From the NCBI GenBank assembly GCA_965223665.1, contig OZ245011.1, forward strand, positions 1,760,001 to 1,824,000: 64,000 nt of DNA, read 5' to 3'. Source of the stretch: Nitrospinaceae bacterium (GTDB lineage Bacteria > Nitrospinota > Nitrospinia > Nitrospinales > Nitrospinaceae). Every line of letters begins with the position of its first letter. Within the stretch, counting starts at the first letter, position 1. The notes beneath the pieces were generated by a model that saw only the letters and a list, made by a program, of their open reading frames with translations, ran no database searches and had not been told where the DNA came from. The position numbers and the translations under genes are program-made. This document shows positions 48,497 to 58,527 of the stretch, piece by piece.

Positions 48497-51400
48497 ATGA
48501 AACGATTTTTGATTTTTCCATTTTTGTTTTTACTAATATTTTCTTTCCTTTCCCCAGTGTTTGCTGCTCCTCCAGGAGACTTGGAGTGTCAAACCGGTGA
48601 TCCCGAATCCTCTTTAACCTCTGATCAATGTGTGTCCTGGGATATTGGTGACTGTGAAAACAATGACCTAGAATGGTCCTTTGGAATCATTACGGATATC
48701 CACGTGGGAGAAGAGTCTCCGGATTTTGTTTTTTGGGGTTGGGATGACCCTAGAGTAACACTTCCCTATGGATTAGGTGACAAAGGAGCAGAACATCTGA
48801 GAAGGGCCGTCAATTGGATCAATGAAAAGGCTGAATCCCAAAAAATAAAATTCGTGGCAGAGCTGGGAGATCTTACCGATGGTGGCGAAATATCAGAACA
48901 GAAATTCGCTATAGAAGAATTAGATCGACTTTCAGTTCCTTGGTTACCCGTAATAGGAAACCACGATGTATGGCCTCATGTTAAGCCTATAGATAACACC
49001 ACCTCCTCAATATTATTTAGTTTCGATAATGTTCCTATTAATCCCGCAGTAGTATTATATCAACACGAGAATTTTGAAGCAGTAGACGATGGCAACATTG
49101 AAGATCCAATTGGAGAGTACGAGGTCTTTATCGCTAGTAATGGTAGACTTCGTGACACACGTGTGGGCAATGATAGAGCTTCTTCGATGAAAATTTTTGG
49201 AGATTGTACCGTGACACTATGGGATGACTTTAGATTCCCAAATTCTGGTGGTAAGAGAACTTTTTCAAATCCTGGTGGGGGTGTTCGCGAAATCCCCAGG
49301 TTATCCGATTACGGTTTTAATGATACAACTTCCGCAGTTGAAATTACCAACTGCGCTACGGACGGGGTTGTATTGTATGAGGACGAAAATTATGAAAATA
49401 AACATGAAAATTTCATCGCAGATTCAAAGTTTATACATGATGATGGACGTACTACAGAGCATATTATTGCGAGAAACGCGGTTAGTTCAGTAGTTGTTAA
49501 AAATAATTGTCGGGTGACTTTTTTTGGCGACAACGACGAGGTTTTAACGCTAACTTCATCAGCACCACGTCTTTCGGATTTTAATTGGGATAACCGGGCC
49601 ATAAAGGAAATCAAAATTGATAGATGTAATAACCCATCAAAAGGAGCTTATTTATATCAAAAAGGTGAATTTTCCGGAAGGGCGGAGTTGTTTCTTACCA
49701 ACATACCTTCATTTAGAAACAGTTTTGTCGGTAATAATGTGGTTACTTCCATCAAACCCCTGAATGGTGCGTTAGTAGCTCTCTATAAGAATATTAATTA
49801 TGACGGGGGTTATACCCTGTTTGACCGGGACGTTATAAATTTCGTTGATTTACAACAAGTAGCTTCAAATCAGGATACAGAAAATGCTGATAACCAAGTG
49901 GCTTCAGTAAAGTTTAGCGAATGGCAAGAGCCGGTCAATTCATCTGTTGTTCTTTATAAAAATGCAAACTTTGAAGGACCCTACGAAGTCTTTATTGCCA
50001 GCAATTATGATTTAAGGGGAGGCGGAATCATCCCCATTCCAACGCGGATCGGTGATGATGCGGCTTCGTCCATGAGAATTTTTGGGGCCTGTAAAGTCAC
50101 CCTATATGAAGATCCTAAAATGGGTGGCGGGAGTTTCACTCGGGAAAATGTACTAGGAGTTATGGAGTTAGGTAATTTTATCGGTCAGACATTCGATAAT
50201 GGTCACAGTTTGCAGAATGCTGTTTCCTCCGTAGAAATCGAAAACTGTGACACGGATGGCGTTGTATTGTATACCGATTCTAATTACCAGGGACGACAGG
50301 AGAATTTCATTACCGATACTTCCTTAAAGGGACATTTCCTTCCAATGAACAAAGTGAGTTCGGTCTTTGTAAAAAATTGTCCTGTGACCTTGTTTGATGA
50401 TACCGGCCTCAGTTTGAGGCTAACGTCTTCTGCGCCTCAGCTCTCCCTCAACGGTTGGGATGATGCCCCTCTTACCAGGATTGAGGTAGAAAGTTGTTCC
50501 ACGCAAGGGGCTTATTTATATGATGAGGCCAACTATTCGGGAAGATCCGAGCTTTTCTTAAACAATACTCCAGATCTCAAAAGCAGTTATTTGGGGAAAT
50601 ACGATGCTTCGTCAGTGAAACTCATCAACGGGGCACAAGCTAACTTATTTGTATTGCCCAATTTTCACCTGCCAGGTTTTAATGATCCCTATTGTGATTC
50701 CAATTGTTTTTTCACTGAGGATAACCCTGACCTATCTAAAGTATCCTTAGCGATGAATAGAGTATTTGATATAACCCCTGACAGTTACGCTTATAACTTC
50801 TACCTCCCTAAAGTAAAATTACTCGAATCCCTTCCAGAGGTCAGCAATTTTGAAGTAACAAAACCTCATATTCCTAACTCAGAGGTTTTTCAAGGTGAAT
50901 CTAGCTTTTTAAATTATCATTTCGATTATACCGCTGAGGGAAGTACACCCATGCATTTCATTGCTCCAGATTTTTCAAGTCGCTCGATCGCACCATTTTT
51001 AGCAGGAGGTTCCTTAGGCGAAGCAGACCTACACAATTTTGAAAACGGTACTTTTCAATGGTTGGAAAACCACATTCCTTCCATATTCAAAAGATCTATC
51101 ATATTTGCCCATCATTTGTTGGACCCAGATTTATTGGGCTTGTTCGGGCCATTTGTACATTTTACTGATACTGAATTTACAGCTTTGATTAATCTTCTTG
51201 AGCAAAAAGATCTATTTGTTAATCATTGGTTTGGTGGACATGGTCATAAAGTTTATGAAAGTGATCAACCGCAAGAAGATCCTTTTTTGAAAGTGATTGA
51301 AACCCCAGCATTAAAGCATCTAGATGGGCCGACAGGTGGAATTTTTCCTGAAGATCAAGGATTTGTCAGACTAGTCCGAATGTGCAGCAATTCATTTAAA

Positions 51401-52912
51401 GGTAAGGACCAAATGATACAACTAATAGATGACAACTCCGGAGAACTGAGTCCATTCGCTTTTAATTTCCAAAACCTAAGGGACGATGGCACCACTAAAC
51501 TAAAAATAAGGACTTCCGGGATGGCTCCACCCCCTGGATTTATTAATGGGGAGCCCGCCATGTTTTTTGAAACCGAAACCTCGGCAGGTTATTTTGGTCT
51601 TGTTGATGTAAAAATTGACTACAGCAATATTCGTTTTGGAAACGAAAGTACATTAGAACTTTTTTCTTATAATGGTTCATCTAATGAATGGACTCCAATT
51701 ACCACTGAGCAGGATTTAGACCATAATATTATTTCCGGAGTCGTAAGTGACGTAGACACGGTTTTTGCCCTCTTCGAACCGGGAATCCAAACCATGTTCC
51801 AGGATGGCGTTTACCCGGATGCAAGTTATGGCGGAACCCAGGACACCTACGTCAGGCAAACTTCACCCACGGAAAACTATGGAAGTGAGTCAACACTCCT
51901 GGCAGATGGTATTGACCAAGATCCAGTCAATGGCAATTATGGTCAAACTCAGTCTGTGCTCTCCTGGGACATATCTTCAATTCCTAGTAACGCAGTCGTT
52001 CAATCGGTAAGCATTACTTTGGATTTATCGAATACCAGTTCACAACCGTATTCACTCTATCAAGTGAACAATAGTTGGACGGAAGGATCCGCGGTCTGGG
52101 ATGACTTCAGTAATCCTGGTAATATTGGTTCCACAGTTTTAGGAATGGTGCCGGCGGATCCTCGCGGTGAAAATATTGGAGATAACATTGTTTATCTGAA
52201 TAATGAGGGAATCAATTTGGTTCAGGGCTGGATCAATGGCAGCATCCCCAACAATGGCATTCTCATTCAGAATCCGGACACCAATGATGGAATTGATATT
52301 AATTCCAGTGAAGCCGGGACGGGTCGACCCAAACTCACCATCAATTATGCTTTTTCCGGAATGGCTCAAAGTATTGTTGCCAATCAGGACAGCTACATTC
52401 GTCAAACCTCACCGGACACAAACTACGGGAGCGAAACGGAGCTGTTAGCGGATGGCGTGGACCAGGACCCGGTCAATGGCAAGTTTGGTGAAACCAAGTC
52501 GGTGATTTCCTGGGATGTTTCTGTCATTCCAAGTGATGCGGTGATTCAATCGGTGACTCTGACTATAGACATGTCCAATACCAGTGGAGAGGCCTATCAC
52601 CTTTATGCGGTGAATAGTTCATGGTCTGAGGGAACGGTAGCTTGGAACGATCTTAATGATCCTTCCAATATCGGTACCACAGTATTAGGGATGGTCCCGG
52701 CTGATCCACGCGGAGAAAATATTGGAGACAATGTTGTTCAATTTAATACGGATGGCGTCAGCCTGGTTCAAAGTTGGGTAGACGGCAGTATTTCCAATAA
52801 CGGGATTGTGATTGGTAATCCGGCTAACAAAGACGGCATTGATTTTAGTTCCAGGGAAGTGGCCAGTAGCGGTCCTAAACTGACGATTAATTATACTATG
52901 CCCAGCCTTTGA
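48497..52912 (+). CDS. Secreted calcineurin-like metallophosphoesterase interrupted by beta/gamma-crystallin repeats, with two C-terminal DNRLRE domains
   Basis: RBS AAGGAG and signal peptide. TDIH, GDLTD and GNHD precede crystallin repeats (LY..NF...SS); FAHH and GHGH follow them; then two DNRLRE domains. Confidence 0.85.
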   Translation: MKRFLIFPFLFLLIFSFLSPVFAAPPGDLECQTGDPESSLTSDQCVSWDIGDCENNDLEWSFGIITDIHVGEESPDFVFWGWDDPRVTLPYGLGDKGAEHLRRAVNWINEKAESQKIKFVAELGDLTDGGEISEQKFAIEELDRLSVPWLPVIGNHDVWPHVKPIDNTTSSILFSFDNVPINPAVVLYQHENFEAVDDGNIEDPIGEYEVFIASNGRLRDTRVGNDRASSMKIFGDCTVTLWDDFRFPNSGGKRTFSNPGGGVREIPRLSDYGFNDTTSAVEITNCATDGVVLYEDENYENKHENFIADSKFIHDDGRTTEHIIARNAVSSVVVKNNCRVTFFGDNDEVLTLTSSAPRLSDFNWDNRAIKEIKIDRCNNPSKGAYLYQKGEFSGRAELFLTNIPSFRNSFVGNNVVTSIKPLNGALVALYKNINYDGGYTLFDRDVINFVDLQQVASNQDTENADNQVASVKFSEWQEPVNSSVVLYKNANFEGPYEVFIASNYDLRGGGIIPIPTRIGDDAASSMRIFGACKVTLYEDPKMGGGSFTRENVLGVMELGNFIGQTFDNGHSLQNAVSSVEIENCDTDGVVLYTDSNYQGRQENFITDTSLKGHFLPMNKVSSVFVKNCPVTLFDDTGLSLRLTSSAPQLSLNGWDDAPLTRIEVESCSTQGAYLYDEANYSGRSELFLNNTPDLKSSYLGKYDASSVKLINGAQANLFVLPNFHLPGFNDPYCDSNCFFTEDNPDLSKVSLAMNRVFDITPDSYAYNFYLPKVKLLESLPEVSNFEVTKPHIPNSEVFQGESSFLNYHFDYTAEGSTPMHFIAPDFSSRSIAPFLAGGSLGEADLHNFENGTFQWLENHIPSIFKRSIIFAHHLLDPDLLGLFGPFVHFTDTEFTALINLLEQKDLFVNHWFGGHGHKVYESDQPQEDPFLKVIETPALKHLDGPTGGIFPEDQGFVRLVRMCSNSFKGKDQMIQLIDDNSGELSPFAFNFQNLRDDGTTKLKIRTSGMAPPPGFINGEPAMFFETETSAGYFGLVDVKIDYSNIRFGNESTLELFSYNGSSNEWTPITTEQDLDHNIISGVVSDVDTVFALFEPGIQTMFQDGVYPDASYGGTQDTYVRQTSPTENYGSESTLLADGIDQDPVNGNYGQTQSVLSWDISSIPSNAVVQSVSITLDLSNTSSQPYSLYQVNNSWTEGSAVWDDFSNPGNIGSTVLGMVPADPRGENIGDNIVYLNNEGINLVQGWINGSIPNNGILIQNPDTNDGIDINSSEAGTGRPKLTINYAFSGMAQSIVANQDSYIRQTSPDTNYGSETELLADGVDQDPVNGKFGETKSVISWDVSVIPSDAVIQSVTLTIDMSNTSGEAYHLYAVNSSWSEGTVAWNDLNDPSNIGTTVLGMVPADPRGENIGDNVVQFNTDGVSLVQSWVDGSISNNGIVIGNPANKDGIDFSSREVASSGPKLTINYTMPSL

Positions 52913-52995
52913 ATATTCCTTTTATTAAGGGAGGTTTAAAATGTATGACATTGGCTGAGTAAAATACACCACTTAAAAGGAGATTAAAAAAAGTC

Positions 52996-53017
52996 CCCGC
53001 CAGAATCCTCTGGCGGG
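52996..53017. terminator. Terminator-like hairpin
   Basis: CCCGCCAGA-atcc-TCTGGCGGG with an upstream A-run. Confidence 0.65.
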
Positions 53018-53081
53018 AGTAATTTAGGGTTGTATGTTATTAGAATAATTTTTCTTAAGATTTTTCATTTCTTCCATTGCT

Positions 53082-53120
53082 TTAAAGTCCCGAAGGCTCA
53101 TCCGGTCTTCGGGACTTTAA
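53082..53120. repeat. Intergenic inverted repeat with 14-bp arms
   Basis: TTAAAGTCCCGAAG-N11-CTTCGGGACTTTAA. Confidence 0.85.
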
Positions 53121-53285
53121 TGCTAAAGGATTCTTTATAGTGGGGATGGGTAAATAGAAATTCAGAAACAATTTTTTCTTTTGAAATTCCCGCAATTAAA
53201 AATACTGTTTTAGAGACTTCCTCTCAATCCTAATCCAACTTCTCTTTTTTTTTGAATTTAATTCTAATACACTTATTCTATTAGG

Positions 53286-54416
53286 ATGAAAAAATATCTC
53301 AATTCCGAAGTTATCAAATACACTCTATTTGGCGTGGTTTTCGGCTTCTTGTTTCCGTTTGTCGCCACTCTATTCGTATGTATTCAAAACTTTGGAACTA
53401 TTCACTGGGCCGGGATTGTCCAGGTACAAAAAGCCGACCCGCTGCTTTGGATTATAGATTCCGCGCCTTTTTGGCTTGGACTCTTTGCTCTTTTTGGTGG
53501 AATAAAACAGAGCGAAGTCATCACTCACAAAAAAGTTTTGGAAGAAAATCTTAAAACGCTCGATCAATTAAATGAAAACCTTGAACTGAAAATTGAAGAA
53601 CGAACCAAAGATTTAATCAAAGCAAAAGAGGATGCGGAAAACGCTAACAAAACGAAATCCAATTTTATTTCGCAGATGAGCCATGAATTACGAACTCCCT
53701 TGAACGCCATCCTGGGTTTTGGGCAATTAATGAAATTTGATGCAAAGCAGCCCTTATCCTCTTACCATCAAGATCGCCTGGACAGCATATTAAAATCCGG
53801 AAATCATTTGCTGACCCTTATTAATGAATTATTAGATCTCGCAAAAATTGAGTCCGGCGAAATGGTTATGTCTATAGAACCGATCAATATAAACGATCTC
53901 ACTGAAGAAATTTTTGGAATGATGAATCCCATTGCAAAAGATCAGGGGATTAGATTGATCGATACTTCACGAAATCAAAAGCCCACATTTATCAATGCCG
54001 ACGAGGGGCGACTCAGGCAGGTTTTATTAAATCTAATTTCAAATGCAATTAAATACAACCGAGAAAATGGAGAAGTCGTTTTATCTTATGAAGAACAACT
54101 GAATGGCCGACTCCGCATTGAAATTATGGACACAGGTTTTGGAATCCCAAAGGAAAAACATGACAGATTGTTTCAGCCCTTTGATCGACTGGGAGTCGAT
54201 GAATACAAAACTGAGGGAACCGGGATTGGACTCACCATTACTAAAAACCTTGTGGAACTAATGAATGGAGAAATTGGTTTTGAGAGTACTTTAGGTAAAG
54301 GCACCTGTTTTTTTATTGAATTGCCCATTTCCACCGAAACAGACTCAGAAAATTCCGCAGCTTCTTCTATTGAAAATAACCTGGAATCAGTCGCTAATGA
54401 GTCCAAGGTCCTTTAG
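53286..54416 (+). CDS. Membrane histidine kinase, receiver domain apparently lost
   Basis: Two TMs (WIIDSAP), MSHELRTPLN, NAIKY, GTGIGL. Ends at ..SKVL-stop. Confidence 0.88.
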   Translation: MKKYLNSEVIKYTLFGVVFGFLFPFVATLFVCIQNFGTIHWAGIVQVQKADPLLWIIDSAPFWLGLFALFGGIKQSEVITHKKVLEENLKTLDQLNENLELKIEERTKDLIKAKEDAENANKTKSNFISQMSHELRTPLNAILGFGQLMKFDAKQPLSSYHQDRLDSILKSGNHLLTLINELLDLAKIESGEMVMSIEPININDLTEEIFGMMNPIAKDQGIRLIDTSRNQKPTFINADEGRLRQVLLNLISNAIKYNRENGEVVLSYEEQLNGRLRIEIMDTGFGIPKEKHDRLFQPFDRLGVDEYKTEGTGIGLTITKNLVELMNGEIGFESTLGKGTCFFIELPISTETDSENSAASSIENNLESVANESKVL

Positions 54417-54465
54417 AACCCCATCTTGATTTTCCTGAAACTTTTCCTGAATTCTAAAACAAAAT

Positions 54466-55248
54466 CTACACCGTTTCGTTCACCCAGGGCACAGCGCGCT
54501 CCATTCCTCCGAGATTCAGTACCTTGTTAAGACCTTTTGCCTTTAGCTTCTTGACTCCCTTATAACTTCGGATACCACTTTGACAATACAAAATAAATGT
54601 TTTGTCTGGATCAAATACTTGATCCTCCAGAGTTTCAAATGGAATGTTCACCGCATGTGGCAAATGTCCATTAGCAAATTCTTCAGGTCCTCTCACATCC
54701 ACCAGGACCCCATTCGATTTCATTGCATTTAAAAACTCGGATTGAGAAATGGGTTCATGCCATTGACCGACAAGTTTTACAGCTTTTTCAAATATCCAGG
54801 AGGCCAAACAAAAATGAGTGAAAATCACAACCAGTTGCAGGGAAATTAAGACAGCCCCAAAGCTATAAGCCCAATTTGGCATTTTATATATAAAGAAAAG
54901 ACCAATCGCCAGATTCATCATTCCCCCCATAAAACAGGCAATCCTTCGGGGCAAAGGATTCGGCGGCAGAACCACTCCATTCCAAAGAGGGCGTAAAAGG
55001 CGATTGTAGATCAGATCTACCGGATGACCTCTGGGAAACCAGAAAGGCAGAATACCAAGAGCCGCTAACGAGAAATGCATTAAAGGTTCTTTAAGAAAAA
55101 GACCCAGAAGCGCGAACCCCATACACACTAAGGGTGTAAATCGAAGTCCCCAGGATAACTCGCGCAATTCGTCGGAACCGTAATGGTACCCTTGCTGAAT
55201 AAGCCCGTGCTCCTGATAACTTTTGGAAGGCGAGGATGAAGTAACCAT
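54466..55248 (-). CDS. DUF4395-like membrane domain fused to rhodanese
   Basis: HP.D.IYN...P.R.AC...FCL (DUF4395-like), DVR.PEEF..GHLP.A.NIP, YCQSGIRS (rhodanese Cys). Confidence 0.82.
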   Translation of the reverse strand: MVTSSSPSKSYQEHGLIQQGYHYGSDELRELSWGLRFTPLVCMGFALLGLFLKEPLMHFSLAALGILPFWFPRGHPVDLIYNRLLRPLWNGVVLPPNPLPRRIACFMGGMMNLAIGLFFIYKMPNWAYSFGAVLISLQLVVIFTHFCLASWIFEKAVKLVGQWHEPISQSEFLNAMKSNGVLVDVRGPEEFANGHLPHAVNIPFETLEDQVFDPDKTFILYCQSGIRSYKGVKKLKAKGLNKVLNLGGMERAVPWVNETV

Positions 55249-55501
55249 ACATAATTAGTTTACCAAGAAATAAATGTTCGAACAAACACAGGATCGACTG
55301 AATAAAAAAAAGGCTGGCACCTTAAAGAAAGGTTTCTGCTCAAGGATTCTAAAAATTTTATAGAGATTCGTGTTTCTTGCATTATTTTTTGACAACTGCT
55401 TCACTTTTAATTTTGCAAACTCTGTTTTTTTTGAGACCATGCACAGCGTTGATTTTATCAAAACTAATTTTTGAGGTGGAGTTCGTTCCCTCTATCTAAT
55501 C

Positions 55502-56044
55502 ATGTTTACGAAAGAATTTTTTAAAGATAATTCTCTTGCTGGCAAAATAGGATTCTGGGTTTTGATTTTGGTGGGGATGATCGCTTTCAATATGGTTGCC
55601 CTGGCCATACTGAAAGGTTGGGATAGTAAGTCCTGGCCTTCCACTAACGGCACTATTGTCTCATCCAGGGTGAAGACCGTAACCACCCGCAGCACATCTA
55701 CCTCAAAAACTCCTGGTAAGAAACGTACAAGATATTTTCCTGAAATCCATTATAAATATCAGGTTGATGGGAAGGAGTTTACCGGCAACCGCTTTGCATT
55801 TGGATTTAGTAATCGAACGAAGGAAACATCCAAAAATATTGTAGCGCGCTATCCCGCCGGCGCTAAAGTCCCGGTTCATTATGATCCGGACGACCCTGAA
55901 GAATCTGTTTTGGAACCGGGAGTTTATACTCTCAATTGGTTTGGGATTCTCTTTGGATTAGGAGCCATCGGCTTTGCCTATCTCGTTCGAAGTGCAGATG
56001 CCAAAGTTCAACTTCGCAAAAAAGCCAAGCCACCCCAAAACTAA
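55502..56044 (+). CDS. DUF3592-family membrane protein
   Basis: SKSWPST.G.IVSS, Y.Y.VDG..F, YP.G..V.V.YDP.DP..SVLE. Confidence 0.88.
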   Translation: MFTKEFFKDNSLAGKIGFWVLILVGMIAFNMVALAILKGWDSKSWPSTNGTIVSSRVKTVTTRSTSTSKTPGKKRTRYFPEIHYKYQVDGKEFTGNRFAFGFSNRTKETSKNIVARYPAGAKVPVHYDPDDPEESVLEPGVYTLNWFGILFGLGAIGFAYLVRSADAKVQLRKKAKPPQN

Positions 56045-56154
56045 ACGCAAAGAATCTGTAATTTGATCCTCAACTATAAATAAGCTTTTGCTTTTTTAAC
56101 GAATTTGCAATGTTCATCCTCTACACTTAAGAAACGCAAAAAATAGTAACAATT

Positions 56155-56928
56155 TTAATTGGATTGCTTTTTATAAAGAATCGGCTGAGCACTGTTAATA
56201 TGTTCCGTTTCGAATATTGTTTCACTGTCCTCCATAATTGTCACCTTTAAAGTTCCCTTGGGGGAAGTGCGGCGCACTTCCAGATAAGTCAACGCTTCCC
56301 CCCGCACAATCTTCGTGACGTTACCTCCTCCCATATCTTCAACAGGATCACGGACCGGTTTTCCACCCTGCAGATAAATCATATGCCCTTTAAATTTTAC
56401 TGGAGGATTCCCAATCCCTAACACCATCACCTGGATTTGTTTGCTGGGAGGTAAATTTCCGGAAAGTTTTTCCATGGCAGTACCCACAAACAAAAATTGA
56501 TTCCCTTTTTTTCCATAGGGGATACTGGTGCCGGTCACACCCGCTTCGGCAGAACGTTTATAGCTGAACTTGATTCGACCCAAAGGTTTTAAATTCGCAA
56601 AATAGCGGAACCCGTCGACCACATATTCCGAGCGAAAACCTTCAGGCAAAGATTCGAAGGTGATGTCTTTTAATTCCGAAGCCATTAATGGTTTCATGGC
56701 GTGCTTTTTCATAGTGGCTTTCAGCTTCTCAGGCACACCTTCTAAATTAAAAAGTCCCCAAAACGCTTTTTCATCTTTGTTTTGAATTGCGGTGCGAATG
56801 TCTTTCAGAAATTGATCCTCCGAGGAAGTTCCAGCGAACGCAGTGAGACTGGTTGAGAGAATTAAGAGGATAAAGAAAATTTTTGAAATAAAAGGATACA
56901 AACCGGGATAGCGAAAGAGTTTTACCAT
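56155..56928 (-). CDS. Secreted hypothetical protein
   Basis: ATG 56928 behind GAGG, signal peptide ending AFA. Confidence 0.7.
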   Translation of the reverse strand: MVKLFRYPGLYPFISKIFFILLILSTSLTAFAGTSSEDQFLKDIRTAIQNKDEKAFWGLFNLEGVPEKLKATMKKHAMKPLMASELKDITFESLPEGFRSEYVVDGFRYFANLKPLGRIKFSYKRSAEAGVTGTSIPYGKKGNQFLFVGTAMEKLSGNLPPSKQIQVMVLGIGNPPVKFKGHMIYLQGGKPVRDPVEDMGGGNVTKIVRGEALTYLEVRRTSPKGTLKVTIMEDSETIFETEHINSAQPILYKKQSN

Positions 56929-57700
56929 GAATACCTCAAAAAAGTTGAATGAATTTCCCTCCCAGTAAATATTCAACATTAGTCGTGAGAACTCCCCAAC
57001 CCTTACATCCAATTTTTTAAGGTCGCAAAATTGAATCCGTTTCGTTAATTCCCTTTTCTTTCTCTAATTTCCTGTATTCGGGAATCCGCCTTTCGGGCCG
57101 ATCTAAAAAATATATTACTCTTCAATTTGCTTATGATATTCATGGAACCAGTGTTTCTTTTATATTTAAATATCTTAAATGGAAAACTTATTGAAAGTAT
57201 CTCCTCCCTGGAGGCTCCTTTAGGGTTGCACCTGCCCATATGAAGATATGCAGGAAACATATTAAATGTTTGCACCTGCAATTTTCACCTCTTTTTAGGG
57301 AAAACCCCTGAAATCGGAAAAAATATTTATTTTCGGTATCCCCTAAACCAAATTTCTTTTCAAAGGGAAAGTTTACCCCCTGGAAATTTAAGGCACCTAA
57401 ATGAATGCCCCCCTTATTTTGGTACTGGTTTTTAAATTAATCATTCATAAAAAGGTATATTTCAGAGGGGTTACCAGTTTACGGGTAATTATTATTCATG
57501 GTTATCTTAATGAAAAGAGGTTCCACTTATTATGGTTCACCTTTATTTTTTTATTCCTCAAACCAATTTATTTTTTAGCAACATCAGTTCTTCGATATTC
57601 CTAAAAAAAGGGAAGTTTTTCCCTTAAAGTTCTGATATATATTGCGTTACATAATCATCATCCTTTGGAGGAGGTATAGGAAATACTGAGGGGAGGAACC

Positions 57701-57772
57701 ATGTCTTTAGATAAATGGTTATTCGTAGTTGTTTTGGCGATGTTATCCATTGGGTGGTTTAAACTACTTTAA
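57701..57772 (+). CDS. 23-aa single-TM peptide MSLDKWLFVVVLAMLSIGWFKLL
   Basis: Strong RBS GGGGAGG and hydrophobic helix. Below the ORF track cutoff. Confidence 0.55.
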   Translation: MSLDKWLFVVVLAMLSIGWFKLL

Positions 57773-57871
57773 AAAGTGAGCGACTTAAAATCAATCTCTA
57801 AATCTTTTCTCATATTTTTCTAATTATATTTTTATATACATTAGAGAAACCACTGAATCGAGGGAAGAGTT

Positions 57872-58072
57872 ATGGGAGATGAACTTGAACGAGATTGGTT
57901 TTGGTCGGACGATGCATTGAACTATATTGAAGAGTTTGAAACTACCTTTTATAAACTTGCCAGAAAGCAAGCGATTCAATTAGTCATTCGTAAAAATAGA
58001 GAAGTCATCACTAAAGAAGATGTTCAAGGTTTTTTAAAAATCGTTTTGAATGAAATGAGTGAGAAGATTTAG
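57872..58072 (+). CDS. 66-aa histone-fold-like / PCP_red-like protein
   Basis: WSDDA-x18-AIQL-x5-REVITKEDV. RBS GAGGG. Confidence 0.55.
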   Translation: MGDELERDWFWSDDALNYIEEFETTFYKLARKQAIQLVIRKNREVITKEDVQGFLKIVLNEMSEKI

Positions 58073-58527
58073 TTTTTATCTCTAAAAAACTCCTTCAGTA
58101 AATTACCCTCCAGGCTTAAATACAAACTCCTTCCTCTCTAACACCTCTGTAATAAACGCAACCTAAAACATTCCAATCCTTTAAATCGCATTCCCTTCAA
58201 TAATTGTTCAGCTTTCTTCTAAATGTTTTTTTAGAATCCCATGACCTATAAAATGCTAATAAAAATATAGAACAATTCAGTCTCCCTATTAAATCAAAGT
58301 TGATAACCTTAAAAGAATTAATAGGTTACACCTCTTTTATCCCCAGGCTTATTTCGCTCTGCTTAAGAAACCATTGCAATTAGGCTGTTATTCCTGGCCC
58401 AAATGGGTGCACACCTCTTTTCCCCTTATAAAATCAAGGCTTGCCAACCAACTCAATTAGGAGTAAGGTTCGATTATTAAATCAGGCACTAATGTTTTTT
58501 CGGGGATAAGCTTTCAAGGGGGGGTCC

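Noticed and set aside
52927-52962. Strong RBS followed by ATG after the phosphoesterase gene
   Set aside because: Reading frames stop after 5 codons, so at most a gene remnant.
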